Origin: the human T2T-CHM13v2.0 reference genome, Homo sapiens
Length of the DNA stretch: 64,000 bases
Strand: one strand, 5' to 3'
Assembly: GCF_009914755.1 (NCBI RefSeq)
Contig: NC_060943.1
In this document: positions 48,726 through 59,783 of the stretch, one piece after another
Numbering within the stretch: the stretch's first letter is position 1
Layout: each line of letters opens with the position of its first letter
The notes under the pieces: generated by a model
What the model saw: the letters and a program-made list of their open reading frames with translations, nothing else
The model's database searches: none
What the model was told of the DNA's origin: nothing
Translations under genes and position numbers: made by a program

Positions 48726-48936
48726 CATCAGGCAGGTGCGGGTGGTTGCGGTGCAGCTCGTGGCACACGAGGCCCGGGCGCTCCGCAGTGCCGGGAGGAC
48801 GCCGCAGCTGCTCCAGCTCCAAGCTCAGCGATGTGAGCGAGGCCAGCACCTCCTCCAGGCCGCCCTCCACGACTGGAAGCGGGACTGGGACGAAGCGCCG
48901 GCGCCTGCGCAGCCCATGCAGCTCGGCAGGGGCACC
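48726..48936 (-). CDS. COL5A3: COL5A3 exon 63 (junction exon): [19 protein letters not shown]...[16 protein letters not shown](G)
   Basis: 211 nt, AG/GT, furin site, coiled-coil start of C-propeptide. Confidence 0.95.
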
Positions 48937-49536
48937 CTGGGCGTAGGGGATGGGGACGGAGAAGAGAGGGGAGATGGGGGAGGGAGAGAGAGGGAGAAAG
49001 AGAGACAGGCAGAGATGAAGAGGCAGACAGACACAAATGAGAAAGAGGAGGGAGAGAGATAAACAAGGGGCAGAGATAGAGAAAGGAGAGATAAGCAGAC
49101 AGGGAGAGACACACAGGAAAGAGAGAGACAGATTCAGAGATGGGGAGAAGCCAAGTTGTAAGAGGACAAAAGAGAAAGCGCAAGAATAGCAGAGACAGGG
49201 AGAGAGAGCAGGGAGAGAGACAGAAGATGAAATAGTGGCGCCAGTATAGACAGAGACAGATAAGGGAGATGGACAGAGACAGGGAGGGAGAGATGGGGTC
49301 CAAGAGACAAGACCCAGGTCAGAGCCCCCATGGGTGTCCCCCCAAGTCCCCCCTCCCAGGCCAGACCTTCCTTGGGGTTTTACAGGGAACTACCCTCTTC
49401 ACCTACATCCTCTGAACACCTAGTGTGTGCCTGGCCCAGTGCTGCGCACGGAAGGACCCTCTGGGGACACCCAGACATAGTCCTTGCTCTCCCCCCAGGT
49501 TTTGGTGTCCATTCCCCCGCCCCCCGGGGAACTCAC

Positions 49537-49590
49537 CGGGGGGCCTGGTGGGCCTGCAGGTCCAGTGTCTCCACGGGGGCCCATGGACCC
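49537..49590 (-). CDS. COL5A3: COL5A3 exon 62: GSMGPRGDTGPAGPPGPP
   Basis: 54 nt Gly-X-Y, AG/GT. Confidence 0.95.
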
Positions 49591-49649
49591 CTGTAGGGAG
49601 AAGTCACTTGGAGAATGAACCCTGTCTATGGAGACCCTTCCCACCAACA

Positions 49650-49749
49650 TACACACAAACACACACACACACTCACACACACACTCACACACACACAGTC
49701 TCACACACTCACATACACACTCACTCACACACTCACACACACACATACA
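49650..49749. repeat. (CA)n/(CACT)n microsatellite
   Basis: Seen directly. Confidence 0.9.
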
Positions 49750-50093
49750 GCCTTGGGGAAGAGACATGCAGTTTTCAGCATTAGGCATCAGACACAAATT
49801 TTCTTTTCATGTTTTAATGTCTCTGAAATCAGCTTCTTAACATCTTTGGCAAGTCATAGTTTACTTGGCAGAACTGTTTTCTTTCCTAGCAGTTTGTAAA
49901 ATAATGGTACATCTTATAATTGATGGCATTTTGGATCTGATGAAATACAACCGTAGGTGTTGAATAAATATTTGTCGAACGCACGATTGCATGAATAAAT
50001 AAATAAATGAAGGCAGAGACGTGGAGGGTTCTGGTGCAGTGAAGGGGGTGGGGAGCTGGGATGTGTAAGCCCACGGAAGCAGGGTGTACTCAC

Positions 50094-50129
50094 CGGAGAC
50101 CCTTTTGAGCCTTTCTGTCCTAGAGGGCC
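50094..50129 (-). CDS. COL5A3: COL5A3 exon 61: GPLGQKGSKGSP
   Basis: 36 nt Gly-X-Y, AG/GT. Confidence 0.95.
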
Positions 50130-50215
50130 CTGTAGGGTACAGACAGGGAGAGCTGAGGTCCTGGCCTGGACCACCACAGTGACCTCATCCCACAAAAGAT
50201 TCCCTGCATACTCAC

Positions 50216-50269
50216 CGCCACACCTGGGGGCCCAGGGTGGCCCAGAGAGCCAATGGGACCAGGGGGACC
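50216..50269 (-). CDS. COL5A3: COL5A3 exon 60: GPPGPIGSLGHPGPPGVA
   Basis: 54 nt Gly-X-Y, AG/GT. Confidence 0.95.
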
Positions 50270-50574
50270 CTAGGAAAAGGACATCGGGTCAGTATTGGTG
50301 GGGTACACCCTATTGCCCTGACACATCCCCCAGACAAGCCTTCAATCCTACCAAAGGAAGACCCCGAACCCTAGACAAGCCTCCAGTTCCCCCACAGAGA
50401 GACCCCAAACCCCAGACGCAGCCTCCAACTTGCCAGTTCCCAGATACATCCCCCTATTTTCCCCACACACACCCTCATTAATCCAGACCCACGTTTCCCA
50501 GACCCCACACCCACAGTCTCTCAACCGACCCCCTCCTTCAAATGCATTCTTCCCGCTCAGGTCAGGACACTCAC

Positions 50575-50682
50575 AGGGTCTCCCTTGGGACCAGGGGGTC
50601 CCTGCACGCCTGGCAACCCCTGATCTCCTTTCTCACCAGCTTCTCCCGGGGGGCCAATGAGACCGATCAATCCAATGTGGCC
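50575..50682 (-). CDS. COL5A3: COL5A3 exon 59: [36 protein letters not shown]
   Basis: 108 nt Gly-X-Y, AG/GT. Confidence 0.95.
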
Positions 50683-50864
50683 CTGAAGGACAAAAGAGGC
50701 ACAGACAGGGGAGGACGTGGGAGGATTCAGGGAGGTTTTTCTCCTAGAGCCTTAGGGTGATGAGTTTGGGAGCAGAGGATGCACCAATCTCCCAGCCCCC
50801 CAGCCAGGGAGGGAGGGAAAGAGGGGAGGAGATGGGGAAGAGAATAATGGAATGATGTCCTTAC

Positions 50865-50918
50865 CTTTTCCCCCTTGGGGCCAGTGTCTCCCTTCAGCCC
50901 TGGGAGGCCAGAGGGCCC
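50865..50918 (-). CDS. COL5A3: COL5A3 exon 58: GPSGLPGLKGDTGPKGEK
   Basis: 54 nt Gly-X-Y, AG/GT. Confidence 0.95.
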
Positions 50919-51211
50919 CTGGGAGAAGAGCAAGGGTCAGTTAGGGATTCTCAAATGTGAACTCGAGGTCTGTGTGGGTGGTTAGGGGATGGTCAAATGG
51001 GAAATTATGCAGATTTCAAATGGGAATTACCAGGGATGAGGTCAAGGGATGGTCAGAGTAGGCCACCAAGGTGGGATGATGAGAGCTAATGAGGGGTTGA
51101 CTGGAGGATGGACAACGTGAGTGGTCAGTGGCCAAGGTCAGCGTGGGTGATCAGTGTAGACCATTAAGATGGAGAGTCAGTGCAGGCATCAAGATGAAGG
51201 GTCAGTGTGGT

Positions 51212-51410
51212 CAGTGTAGACCATCAAGGTGGAGTATTAGAGCAGAGGGTTATAGAGATGGGCAGTGTAGACCATCAAGGTGGAAGGTCAGAGCAGGGGG
51301 TTATAGAGATGGGCAGTGTAGATCATCAAGGTGGAGTGTTAGAGCAGAGGGTTATAGAGATGGGCAGTGTAGACCATCAGGGTGGAAGGTCAGAGCAGAT
51401 GGTTAGTAGA
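51212..51410. repeat. 51-bp minisatellite, ~4 copies
   Basis: CAGTGTAGA recurs at 51212, 51263, 51314, 51365. Confidence 0.9.
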
Positions 51411-51538
51411 GACAGGCAGTATGGACACTCAGATGGATGGTCAGTGAGGGCTAGCCTGCACCAATGCTCACTAGGTGGTCACTAGGTGCCCAGAGTGGTC
51501 CTCAGAGCCAGAACCTCAAGGATGAACAAGTCTCTTAC

Positions 51539-51592
51539 CAGGGGGCCAGGAGGGCCCATCTGTCCAGGGGCTCCCAGGAGGCCTGGTTCACC
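51539..51592 (-). CDS. COL5A3: COL5A3 exon 57: [18 protein letters not shown]
   Basis: 54 nt Gly-X-Y, AG/GT. Confidence 0.95.
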
Positions 51593-51764
51593 CTGAGAAT
51601 GGAACAGAACATGGGGTGGGCTGCACCCTGTCAGAACACAGTGTGGACCCCCCCCCGACCATGCACCAGGGGCAGCCCCTCCAAACGGTGATGGGATCAC
51701 AAGCTGGGAGCAGACAGAGAGGAGCTGGATCCACCCTGTCCCACCCCTGCCCCGCTCCACTCAC

Positions 51765-51872
51765 CACAGGGCCAGGGATCCCTCGAAGACCCTCAGGCCC
51801 CACACGTCCAGGGGGCCCTCTAGCCCCCATTGGACCCGTCCTCCCTGGGGGCCCATCAGGACCTGGCTCCCC
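51765..51872 (-). CDS. COL5A3: COL5A3 exon 56: [36 protein letters not shown]
   Basis: 108 nt Gly-X-Y, AG/GT. Confidence 0.95.
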
Positions 51873-52058
51873 CTGAAATGGACACAGGCAAGGGAGGGGC
51901 CAGAGTCAGAGGGTTCCTGCCTCCTGACCCCTGCCAAGAAGCATCTGGGATCGGGAGGGAGTAGGTGCACAGAGTGGTCATAGGTCCACCCTCTCCTGAT
52001 GGCCCCACTGTTGGCCTAGAGTAGTGCAGGGACCCTTCCCCTTGCCAGGGGGACTCAC

Positions 52059-52112
52059 CTTGGCACCTTTCTCCCCTTCTCTGCCTTCTCGACCCATGTG
52101 GCCTGAAGGACC
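52059..52112 (-). CDS. COL5A3: COL5A3 exon 55: GPSGHMGREGREGEKGAK
   Basis: 54 nt Gly-X-Y, AAG acceptor, GT donor. Confidence 0.95.
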
Positions 52113-52164
52113 CTTGGAAGGGAAAGACAGTGAGGGGGGTCTAGGGGCTGACTGAGGGTCAGAG

Positions 52165-52775
52165 GGGTGAGTGGGGTCTGGGTGACTGGGGGGTTATGGA
52201 TGAGTGGGGTCTGTAAGGTGAGTGGGGTCTGTGGGGTGAATGAGGTCTGGGTGAGTGGGGGCTGTGGGTGAGTGGGGGCTGTGGCTGAGTGGAGGCTGTG
52301 GGTGAGTGGAGGCTGTGGGTGAGTGGAGGCTGTGGGTGAGTGGGGTCTGTGGGGTGAGTGGGGTCTGTGGGTGAGTGGGGTCTGTGGGTGAGTGGGGGCT
52401 GTGGGTGAGTGGGGGCTGTGGGGTGAGTGGGGTCTTTGGGGTGAGGTGGGGTGTGTGGATGAGTGGGGTCTGTGGTTGACTGAGGTCTGTGGGGTGAGTG
52501 GAATCTGTGGGTGAGTGGGGTCTGTGGGTGAGTGTGTTCTGTGGCTGAGTGGGGTCTGTGGGGTAAGCGGGGGCTGTGGGGTGAGTGGGGTCTGTGGGGT
52601 GAGTGGGGGCTGTAAGGTGAGTGGGGTCTGTGGGTGAGTGGGGTCTGTGGGTGTGTGGGGTCTGTGGGGTGAGTGGGGGCTGTGGAGTGAGTGGGGTCTG
52701 TGGGTGTGTGGGGTCTGTGGGGTGAGTTGAGGGCTGTGGGATGAGTGAGGTCTGTAAGGTGAGTGGGGGCTGTAG
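52165..52775. repeat. 17-18-bp G-rich minisatellite (GTGAGTGGGGTCTGTGG)n, roughly 35 copies
   Basis: Seen directly; fills most of intron 54. Confidence 0.95.
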
Positions 52776-52811
52776 ATAAGCTGAGGACCCAGGAGGTGGC
52801 TTATCACTTAC

Positions 52812-52865
52812 CCTCTTGCCGGGGGGCCCGGGGGCGCCGGGCTCCCCAGAAGCTCCAGGCGGACC
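52812..52865 (-). CDS. COL5A3: COL5A3 exon 54: GPPGASGEPGAPGPPGKR
   Basis: 54 nt Gly-X-Y, AG/GT. Confidence 0.95.
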
Positions 52866-53164
52866 CTGGAGGAGACAAGGACACCAGCTGTGGTCTCAGC
52901 TAACATTGTTTGAGCCTGACTGTTTTAGGACGCCTTGGACCAGAGGACACCCTTCCCCAAGCCTCACCCCAGCACCGGGTACTCCCACCTCCCACCTACT
53001 CCCTCAAGCTGCTCACATTCCTGGGGGTCCCCAGAGAGGTGAAGCGGGAGCATCTGCAGGGGCCTTGGGTACCCCACTAGCCCACTCCCCTGCCCCCCCA
53101 ATTCACTCACTCATTAGCTCCCCAACCCCCGCCTCAGCACCACACCCTCTGTTTTCCCACTCAC

Positions 53165-53218
53165 CGGTCCCCCAACATCACCAGGGTCTCCCTTCTCCCC
53201 TGGGGAACCATCTATGCC
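53165..53218 (-). CDS. COL5A3: COL5A3 exon 53: GIDGSPGEKGDPGDVGGP
   Basis: 54 nt Gly-X-Y, AG/GT. Confidence 0.95.
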
Positions 53219-53394
53219 CTGCATGGGGGGAAGACAGAGTTGGGAGGGGTGATGAGGGTACGTGAGAATTTGGGATGGGGCTGGGAGGCAAAAGAACGTT
53301 TTTGGTTCCACTGTCAGTGCCCAGGTCTGTGGGGGTAGGGAGATGGGGACAGAATTAGGAAATATGCCAGGATTGGGGAGGGGGTCACACTCAC

Positions 53395-53448
53395 TGAAAC
53401 TCCAGGGTCTCCTGGGGGCCCTAGATCTCCGGGCAGCCCCGTGGGGCC
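53395..53448 (-). CDS. COL5A3: COL5A3 exon 52: GPTGLPGDLGPPGDPGVS
   Basis: 54 nt Gly-X-Y, AG/GT. Confidence 0.95.
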
Positions 53449-53976
53449 CTGGAACACAGAATGATTAATAATCACATCTCTGAATTGTGGAGCAATCATG
53501 CATTTATGGAACAGATCAACTGTATCCAGGAACAGTTTGGTTTCTGGGGACACATTAGTGAACAAAACATAAAATCCCTGGCTTGGTAGAGCGAACATTC
53601 TCGTGTTTCATGGGTGCAGACGCTGAGCTAAGAATGCCGCACGCATGGTCTCACTGCAGCGTCCTCACAGCCTCTCAGCTCGGGACTCACAGAGAAAACT
53701 GGCCATTCATTTGTCTATTCATTCATTGATTCGTCTATTCATTCATTCACTCATTCATTCATTCATTCATCCATCCATCCATTCATTCATACACTCAGAG
53801 AAGGGACACGCCAAACAATGCCATTCAAGTCGAGGTCCCACAGATGCTAAAGCCCCTTCCTGACCTCCACCCGCCCCAACCTCTACTGTGGTGACAGAAG
53901 GGCCTCAACCTTCACCTCAAAGCCAAATCCCACATCCACCCCAAATCTGACCCAATTCAACCTTAATCTTTGCAAC

Positions 53977-54176
53977 AGTGTTAGAATGATCTGCCGTGAA
54001 ATCAACTTTCTTGCCATTCAATGATGTATAACCACTGCACGTTTATGTTTCATTCACACATTTACTCACTAATTCAAGTGTTAGAATGATCTGCCATGAA
54101 ATCAACTTTCTTGCCATTCAATGATGTATAACCACTGCACGTTTATGTTTCATTCACACATTTACTCACTAATTCA
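53977..54176. repeat. 100-bp tandem duplication (2 copies, 1 mismatch)
   Basis: AGTGTTAGAATGATCTGCC(G/A)TG...CACTAATTCA at 53977 and 54077. Confidence 0.95.
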
Positions 54177-54672
54177 CTCATCCATCCATCCATTCGTTTA
54201 TTCACTCATCTCTTCAGTCATTTTGTTCACTTGCGCCTCTGTCCATTCATTCATGCATCCATTCACTCATTCACTCACTCATTTGTCCATTCGGCCACTC
54301 ATTCATTCATCCATTCATTCATATTCATGCATCCATTAATTTACTTATTCATCCATTAATTTACTCATTCATCCATTCATTCACTCATTTATTCGTGCAC
54401 ATTTATTCATTCACATATTCATATATCCACTGATTTATTCATTTTTCCATTAATTCACTCATTCACCCATTCATTCCCTCGTTCATCCATTCATTCACTC
54501 GTTCATCCATTCACTCACTCGTTCATCCATTCACTCATTTATTCATCCATTTATTCATTCACGTATTCATCCATCCACTGAGTTATTCACTTGTCCATTC
54601 ATTAATTCACTCATTCATACATTCATCCACTCATTCATTAATCCATCCATCCACCCATTCATTCATTCATCC
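54177..54672. repeat. Degenerate (CATT/CATC)n simple repeat (also 53704-53790)
   Basis: Seen directly. Confidence 0.9.
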
Positions 54673-54764
54673 GTGTTCTGGGGGTTACTCATGAGATCAG
54701 TAAATTAGAGGATGCAATCCCTGGCTAGAAGTCTGGGAGAGTTTTGGCCGAGCGCGGTGGCTCA

Positions 54765-55104
<340 letters not shown>

Positions 55105-55108
55105 TCAC

Positions 55109-55216
55109 CACGCTCCCTTTGGCTCCATCCTCTCCAGGGGGACCTTTCTTGCCTGGGGGTCCAGCAGCTCCAGATGGGCCTGAGTCCCCCTTTTCACCAA
55201 TGTCTCCCTTGGGCCC
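55109..55216 (-). CDS. COL5A3: COL5A3 exon 51: [36 protein letters not shown]
   Basis: 108 nt Gly-X-Y, AAG acceptor, GT donor. Confidence 0.95.
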
Positions 55217-55429
55217 CTTTACAGAAAGAGGTCAGAGGTCAGAGTGGCCTGGACTCTCCAGGGATCAAGGATTAGCATACTTGGATTCAGGCATTGGGGT
55301 GGTCTGGGACTTTTCTGGGGTCAGGGTTCAGAGTAGCCTAGGTTGTCCAAGGGTCAAAGGTCAGAAGGAGCTAGGACTTAAGACAGTGAAAGGTCTGGAT
55401 GGTCTAGGTGCCCATTGGTCATGTGCAAG

Positions 55430-55597
55430 GTTGGCCTAGCCCATGTGCTGCCCTTGAGTGAATTAGAAGAGGGGCCCCATCTGGGCAACTCATCCTCAGG
55501 TCAGGACTCATGACTCAGATTTGAGCCCTCACCTATCCCCTGGGTCATGTAGTCTTGTGTAGTGTGCAACCTGCAGAACTGTACATAGCAGCCCTAT
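55430..55597. mobile_element. MER91-like hAT MITE
   Basis: GAGTGAATTAGAAGAGGGGCCCC...GTGTGCAACCTGCAGAACTGTACATAGCAGCCCT. Confidence 0.45.
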
Positions 55598-55759
55598 CTG
55601 AGAACTTCCAGGTGTCCTTCCTCAAGGTAATCAGGGACGGCCACAGGACAGGGGTGAGTGGATGATCTTGCACTGTCCAGAGGTCAAAGTGGCCCAAGAT
55701 GCCCAGGGGTCAGGGGTTCCCTGAGTTGGGTGCAGGGACCACATCACACAGTCACTCAC

Positions 55760-55813
55760 CGGGATGCCTGGGGCTCCTGGAGGCCCTGGGTCTCCAGCGT
55801 CCCCTCGCTCACC
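55760..55813 (-). CDS. COL5A3: COL5A3 exon 50: GERGDAGDPGPPGAPGIP
   Basis: 54 nt Gly-X-Y, AG/GT. Confidence 0.95.
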
Positions 55814-55945
55814 CTGCAGGAGGCAAAGTGAGAGTGGGGAGAGGTCCCATCCTAGCAGACAGGGAGGGGCTCCCCAGAATGTCCCTGCCCAATAGGACTA
55901 GATTTATCTCTTCCCCCCGTGCAGCCCCTGCCTTCCCTCACTCAC

Positions 55946-55999
55946 CTTCTCACCCACGGCGCCTGGCTGACCAACTCCTCCAGGCAGCCCTGGAGTGCC
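55946..55999 (-). CDS. COL5A3: COL5A3 exon 49: GTPGLPGGVGQPGAVGEK
   Basis: 54 nt Gly-X-Y, AG/GT. Confidence 0.95.
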
Positions 56000-56108
56000 C
56001 TGGAGAGACAGCAAGGGGTAAGAGTGGGACTGTGGAATCCCAACATCCTCTTCTTAGGAAATGGTTGTCCCCATCTCTGAGCCTTCCTGGCCCCCCAAGA
56101 GTTCTCAC

Positions 56109-56162
56109 CTCTGATCCAGTGGGGCCTTGGGGACCCCGAGGACCTGGAGCTCCATGGGGACC
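56109..56162 (-). CDS. COL5A3: COL5A3 exon 48: GPHGAPGPRGPQGPTGSE
   Basis: 54 nt Gly-X-Y, AG/GT. Confidence 0.95.
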
Positions 56163-56360
56163 CTGTGGAAGGTCAGAATTAGTACCCAGTGACCCCAGGC
56201 CCCTCTCCCCAAAAGGCCACATTGACCACAGATACCACTGTCAATGCTGGTGACCCTCAGGGCCCTTAAAATGACAATGTCCCTCAAATGAATCTAATGC
56301 CTGCCGCCAACCTATAACCCCACCATCCTCCCCCTCCCACCTTCCTCTGGGAGTGCATAC

Positions 56361-56414
56361 CATGGACCCGACGTCTCCGACCTCCCCTTTCTCTCCCGGA
56401 GGGCCTGGCAGCCC
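56361..56414 (-). CDS. COL5A3: COL5A3 exon 47: GLPGPPGEKGEVGDVGSM
   Basis: 54 nt Gly-X-Y, AG/GT. Confidence 0.95.
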
Positions 56415-56490
56415 CTGTGGAACAAAGAAGCAAGATTGGGGCACCAGGTAGGGAGAATCAGAAGTGCCACCCCCAAACCCAGACACCCAC

Positions 56491-56598
56491 CTGCAGTCCA
56501 GGAGGGCCAATCACCCCCACAAAGCCTCTGACTCCGTCATCTCCTTTCTGCCCAAAGAGGCCTGGGGGTCCCCGGCGCCCCTGAGCCCCGTCTGCTCC
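56491..56598 (-). CDS. COL5A3: COL5A3 exon 46: [36 protein letters not shown]
   Basis: 108 nt Gly-X-Y, AG/GT. Confidence 0.95.
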
Positions 56599-56913
56599 CT
56601 GGAAGAACACAAACAGGGGCACATTTAAGGTCTGGGTCAGTGATTAGGGCAGAGTGAGGCTCAAGGGTCAAGACTGAGGTTAAGGGTTGGAGTCAGGGTT
56701 CAGATTAAGTTTAGAGAGGGTCAGTGTTGAGTTGGAGTTGGGGTCTAGGTTAAGGAACAGGGCTTGGGAATGAAGTCAAGGGTTGAGTCAAAGTGTTAAA
56801 CAGTGAGTCGGATTTGCAGTTGAGGTTCAGTTCTTGGGCAGGGTTCAACTGGGGTTGAGATGGAATTTAGGGTTGGGTTTGAGGTTGGGCCCAGGGTCAT
56901 ATTCAAAGTTTGA

Positions 56914-57639
<726 letters not shown>

Positions 57640-57659
57640 TCAGAGCTGGGTTTAGGTTG

Positions 57660-58640
57660 GAATTTAGTCTGATTTTAAGGTTGAGTGTATATTGGACATC
57701 GATATAGAGGGGCAGATCAAAGTTGAGCATGAGGTTGAGATTGAACCAGATTCTGGGGTTGAGTCCATATTGGATGTTGGCATTGAGGGGAAGACATGGT
57801 TGGAGTTGAGATTGAGCCAAATTCTGGGGGTGAGTTCATATTGGATTTTGGTATTGAGGGAAAGACATGGTTGGGTTGGGACTGGGCAGGATTCTGGAGT
57901 TGAGTTCACATTGGGTGCTGGTATTGAGGGGGAACACATGGTTGGGTTGGGATTGAATCAGATTCTGGGGTTGAGTTCACATTGGGTGTCAGCATTGAGG
58001 GGAAGACATGGTTGGATTGGGATTGAGACAAATTCTAGGGTTGAGTTCATATTGGGTGTCGGTATTGAGGGAAATACATGGTTGGGTTGGGATTGGGCCA
58101 GATTCTGGGGTTGAGTTCCCATTGGGTGTTGGCATTGAGGGGAAGACACGGTTGGGTCGGGATTGAATCAGATTCTGGGGGTGAGTTCATATTGGGTGTC
58201 GGTATTGAGGGGAAGACATGGTTGGGTTGGGATTGAATCAGATTCTGGGGTTGAGTTCACATTGGGTGTCAGCATTGAGGGGAAGACATGGTTCGACTGG
58301 GATTGAGCCAAATTCTGGGGTTGAGTTCACATTGGGTGTTGGCATTGAGGGGAAGACATAGTTGGGTTGAGATTGGGCCAAATTCTGGGGTTGAGTTCAC
58401 ATTGGATGTTGGTATTGAGAAGAAGACATGATTGGGTTGGGGTTGACTCCGAATTTGGGATTGGGTTCATACTGGGTGTTTGTACTGAGGGGAAGACATG
58501 GTTGGGTTGGGATTGAATCAGATTCTGAGGGTGAGTTCATATTGAGTGTCGGTATTGAGGGGACAACATGGTTGGGTTGGGATTGACTCCGATTCTTGGA
58601 TTGAGTTCACATTGGGTGTCAGTACTGAGGGAAGATCAGG
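57660..58640. repeat. 70-bp minisatellite, ~14 copies
   Basis: GTTGGGTTGGGATTGAATCAGATTCTGGGG...GGAAGACATG with 70-nt period from 57941 to 58570; more diverged copies to the left. Confidence 0.93.
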
Positions 58641-58747
58641 GTTGGGTTTGAGGTTTGGATTAAGTCAGTGTGCTTCCACTGTCGTTTGCTCCCACTATCC
58701 CTCCCTTCAAGGACCCAGAGAAGGACTGAAAAGATGGGGGCACTCAC

Positions 58748-58801
58748 CGGGGGACCTGGGTGTCCTGCAGGACCCCGTATCCCTGGTTGTCCAGGTGGGC
58801 C
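58748..58801 (-). CDS. COL5A3: COL5A3 exon 45: GPPGQPGIRGPAGHPGPP
   Basis: 54 nt Gly-X-Y, AG/GT. Confidence 0.95.
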
Positions 58802-59418
58802 CTGGGAGAACAGGAAACAGAATCAAAAATTCCCTCAGGTTTAAGATTAGAGAGGGCACTGGAGCTATCAATCACTGCCTCCCACACCCCCTTTATGAGA
58901 ACAACTTCCCCTACCAGGCAGCAACAGCTACATCCCCCCAAATCCTGTCTTCTCAGCCACCAACAGATGGGATCAGACAGACGTCTGTCCTAAGCCCAGC
59001 CCTGGCCACAAGTTCCACCAAGACCCAGGGACGAAGCTGGCTCAATGATGCAAGCCACTGGAGCTGACATTCGGGGTGGGGGGAAGTTGGGTATCAGATG
59101 CTTCAGTGCCTGCCACGCAGAGTCACAGGCAGAGGGAAGGATGTGTCACTAACAATGGAGAAGGTTACCCGCACCCCAGTGCCTTTCCAGTTCTTTGGGA
59201 GCCCCAGCTGTCCCTATCCTGTCTGCAGTTGGGTTCTGTGGACCCATCGCTCCAGGCAGCTCAAGTACCTTCTGTTGCATGTAATTGTCAAGATGGTACC
59301 CGAGAAGGCAGAAAACTCCATGGCCTCTCCTACCCCATGGAGAATGATCTCTACATCCCTGGCCTCCTCTTTCTTCCGCTACCCACCCCACCCTGCCCCA
59401 CTGGGGACCTTCACTCAC

Positions 59419-59472
59419 CGCGTCTCCTTTATCGCCTTTACTCCCCTTGTGTCCGGGGGCACCCACATCCCC
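59419..59472 (-). CDS. COL5A3: COL5A3 exon 44: [18 protein letters not shown]
   Basis: 54 nt Gly-X-Y, AG/GT. Confidence 0.95.
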
Positions 59473-59554
59473 CTGCAGAGGAAATGGGATGAAGGACCCA
59501 GCTTCCATTCACCCCCATCCTCCCCTGGACCCTTCCTCTCTGTGAACCCCTCAC

Positions 59555-59662
59555 CTTGTCCCCTTCCTCGCCAGAAGGCCCAGCAGCTCCAGGGGGTCCC
59601 AGAGGCCCCAGGGGCCCTGGGATCCCATCTTTGCCAGTGGGGCCAGGGGGGCCACGTTCTCC
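59555..59662 (-). CDS. COL5A3: COL5A3 exon 43: [36 protein letters not shown]
   Basis: 108 nt Gly-X-Y, AG/GT. Confidence 0.95.
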
Positions 59663-59783
59663 CTGTTGTGGGGAATGGAAAGGGGGATGTCAGGGCAGGA
59701 ATGTCCTGCAGGAGCCATGTCCTGGGATGTGGCAGGGCCAGACCCTGAGGAGGCCCTAGGAATGGGATGGGCAAGTCACTTAC

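Noticed and set aside
52055-52807. 250-aa P/T/H-rich ORF
   Set aside because: Translation of the intronic minisatellite
53704-54672. Dense YCAY (NOVA-type) cluster
   Set aside because: YCAY is on the plus strand, antisense to COL5A3, and no plus-strand transcript is evident
57660-58640. Regularly spaced repeats resembling a CRISPR array
   Set aside because: Whole 70-bp units repeat with no unique spacers; mammalian intron, no cas genes
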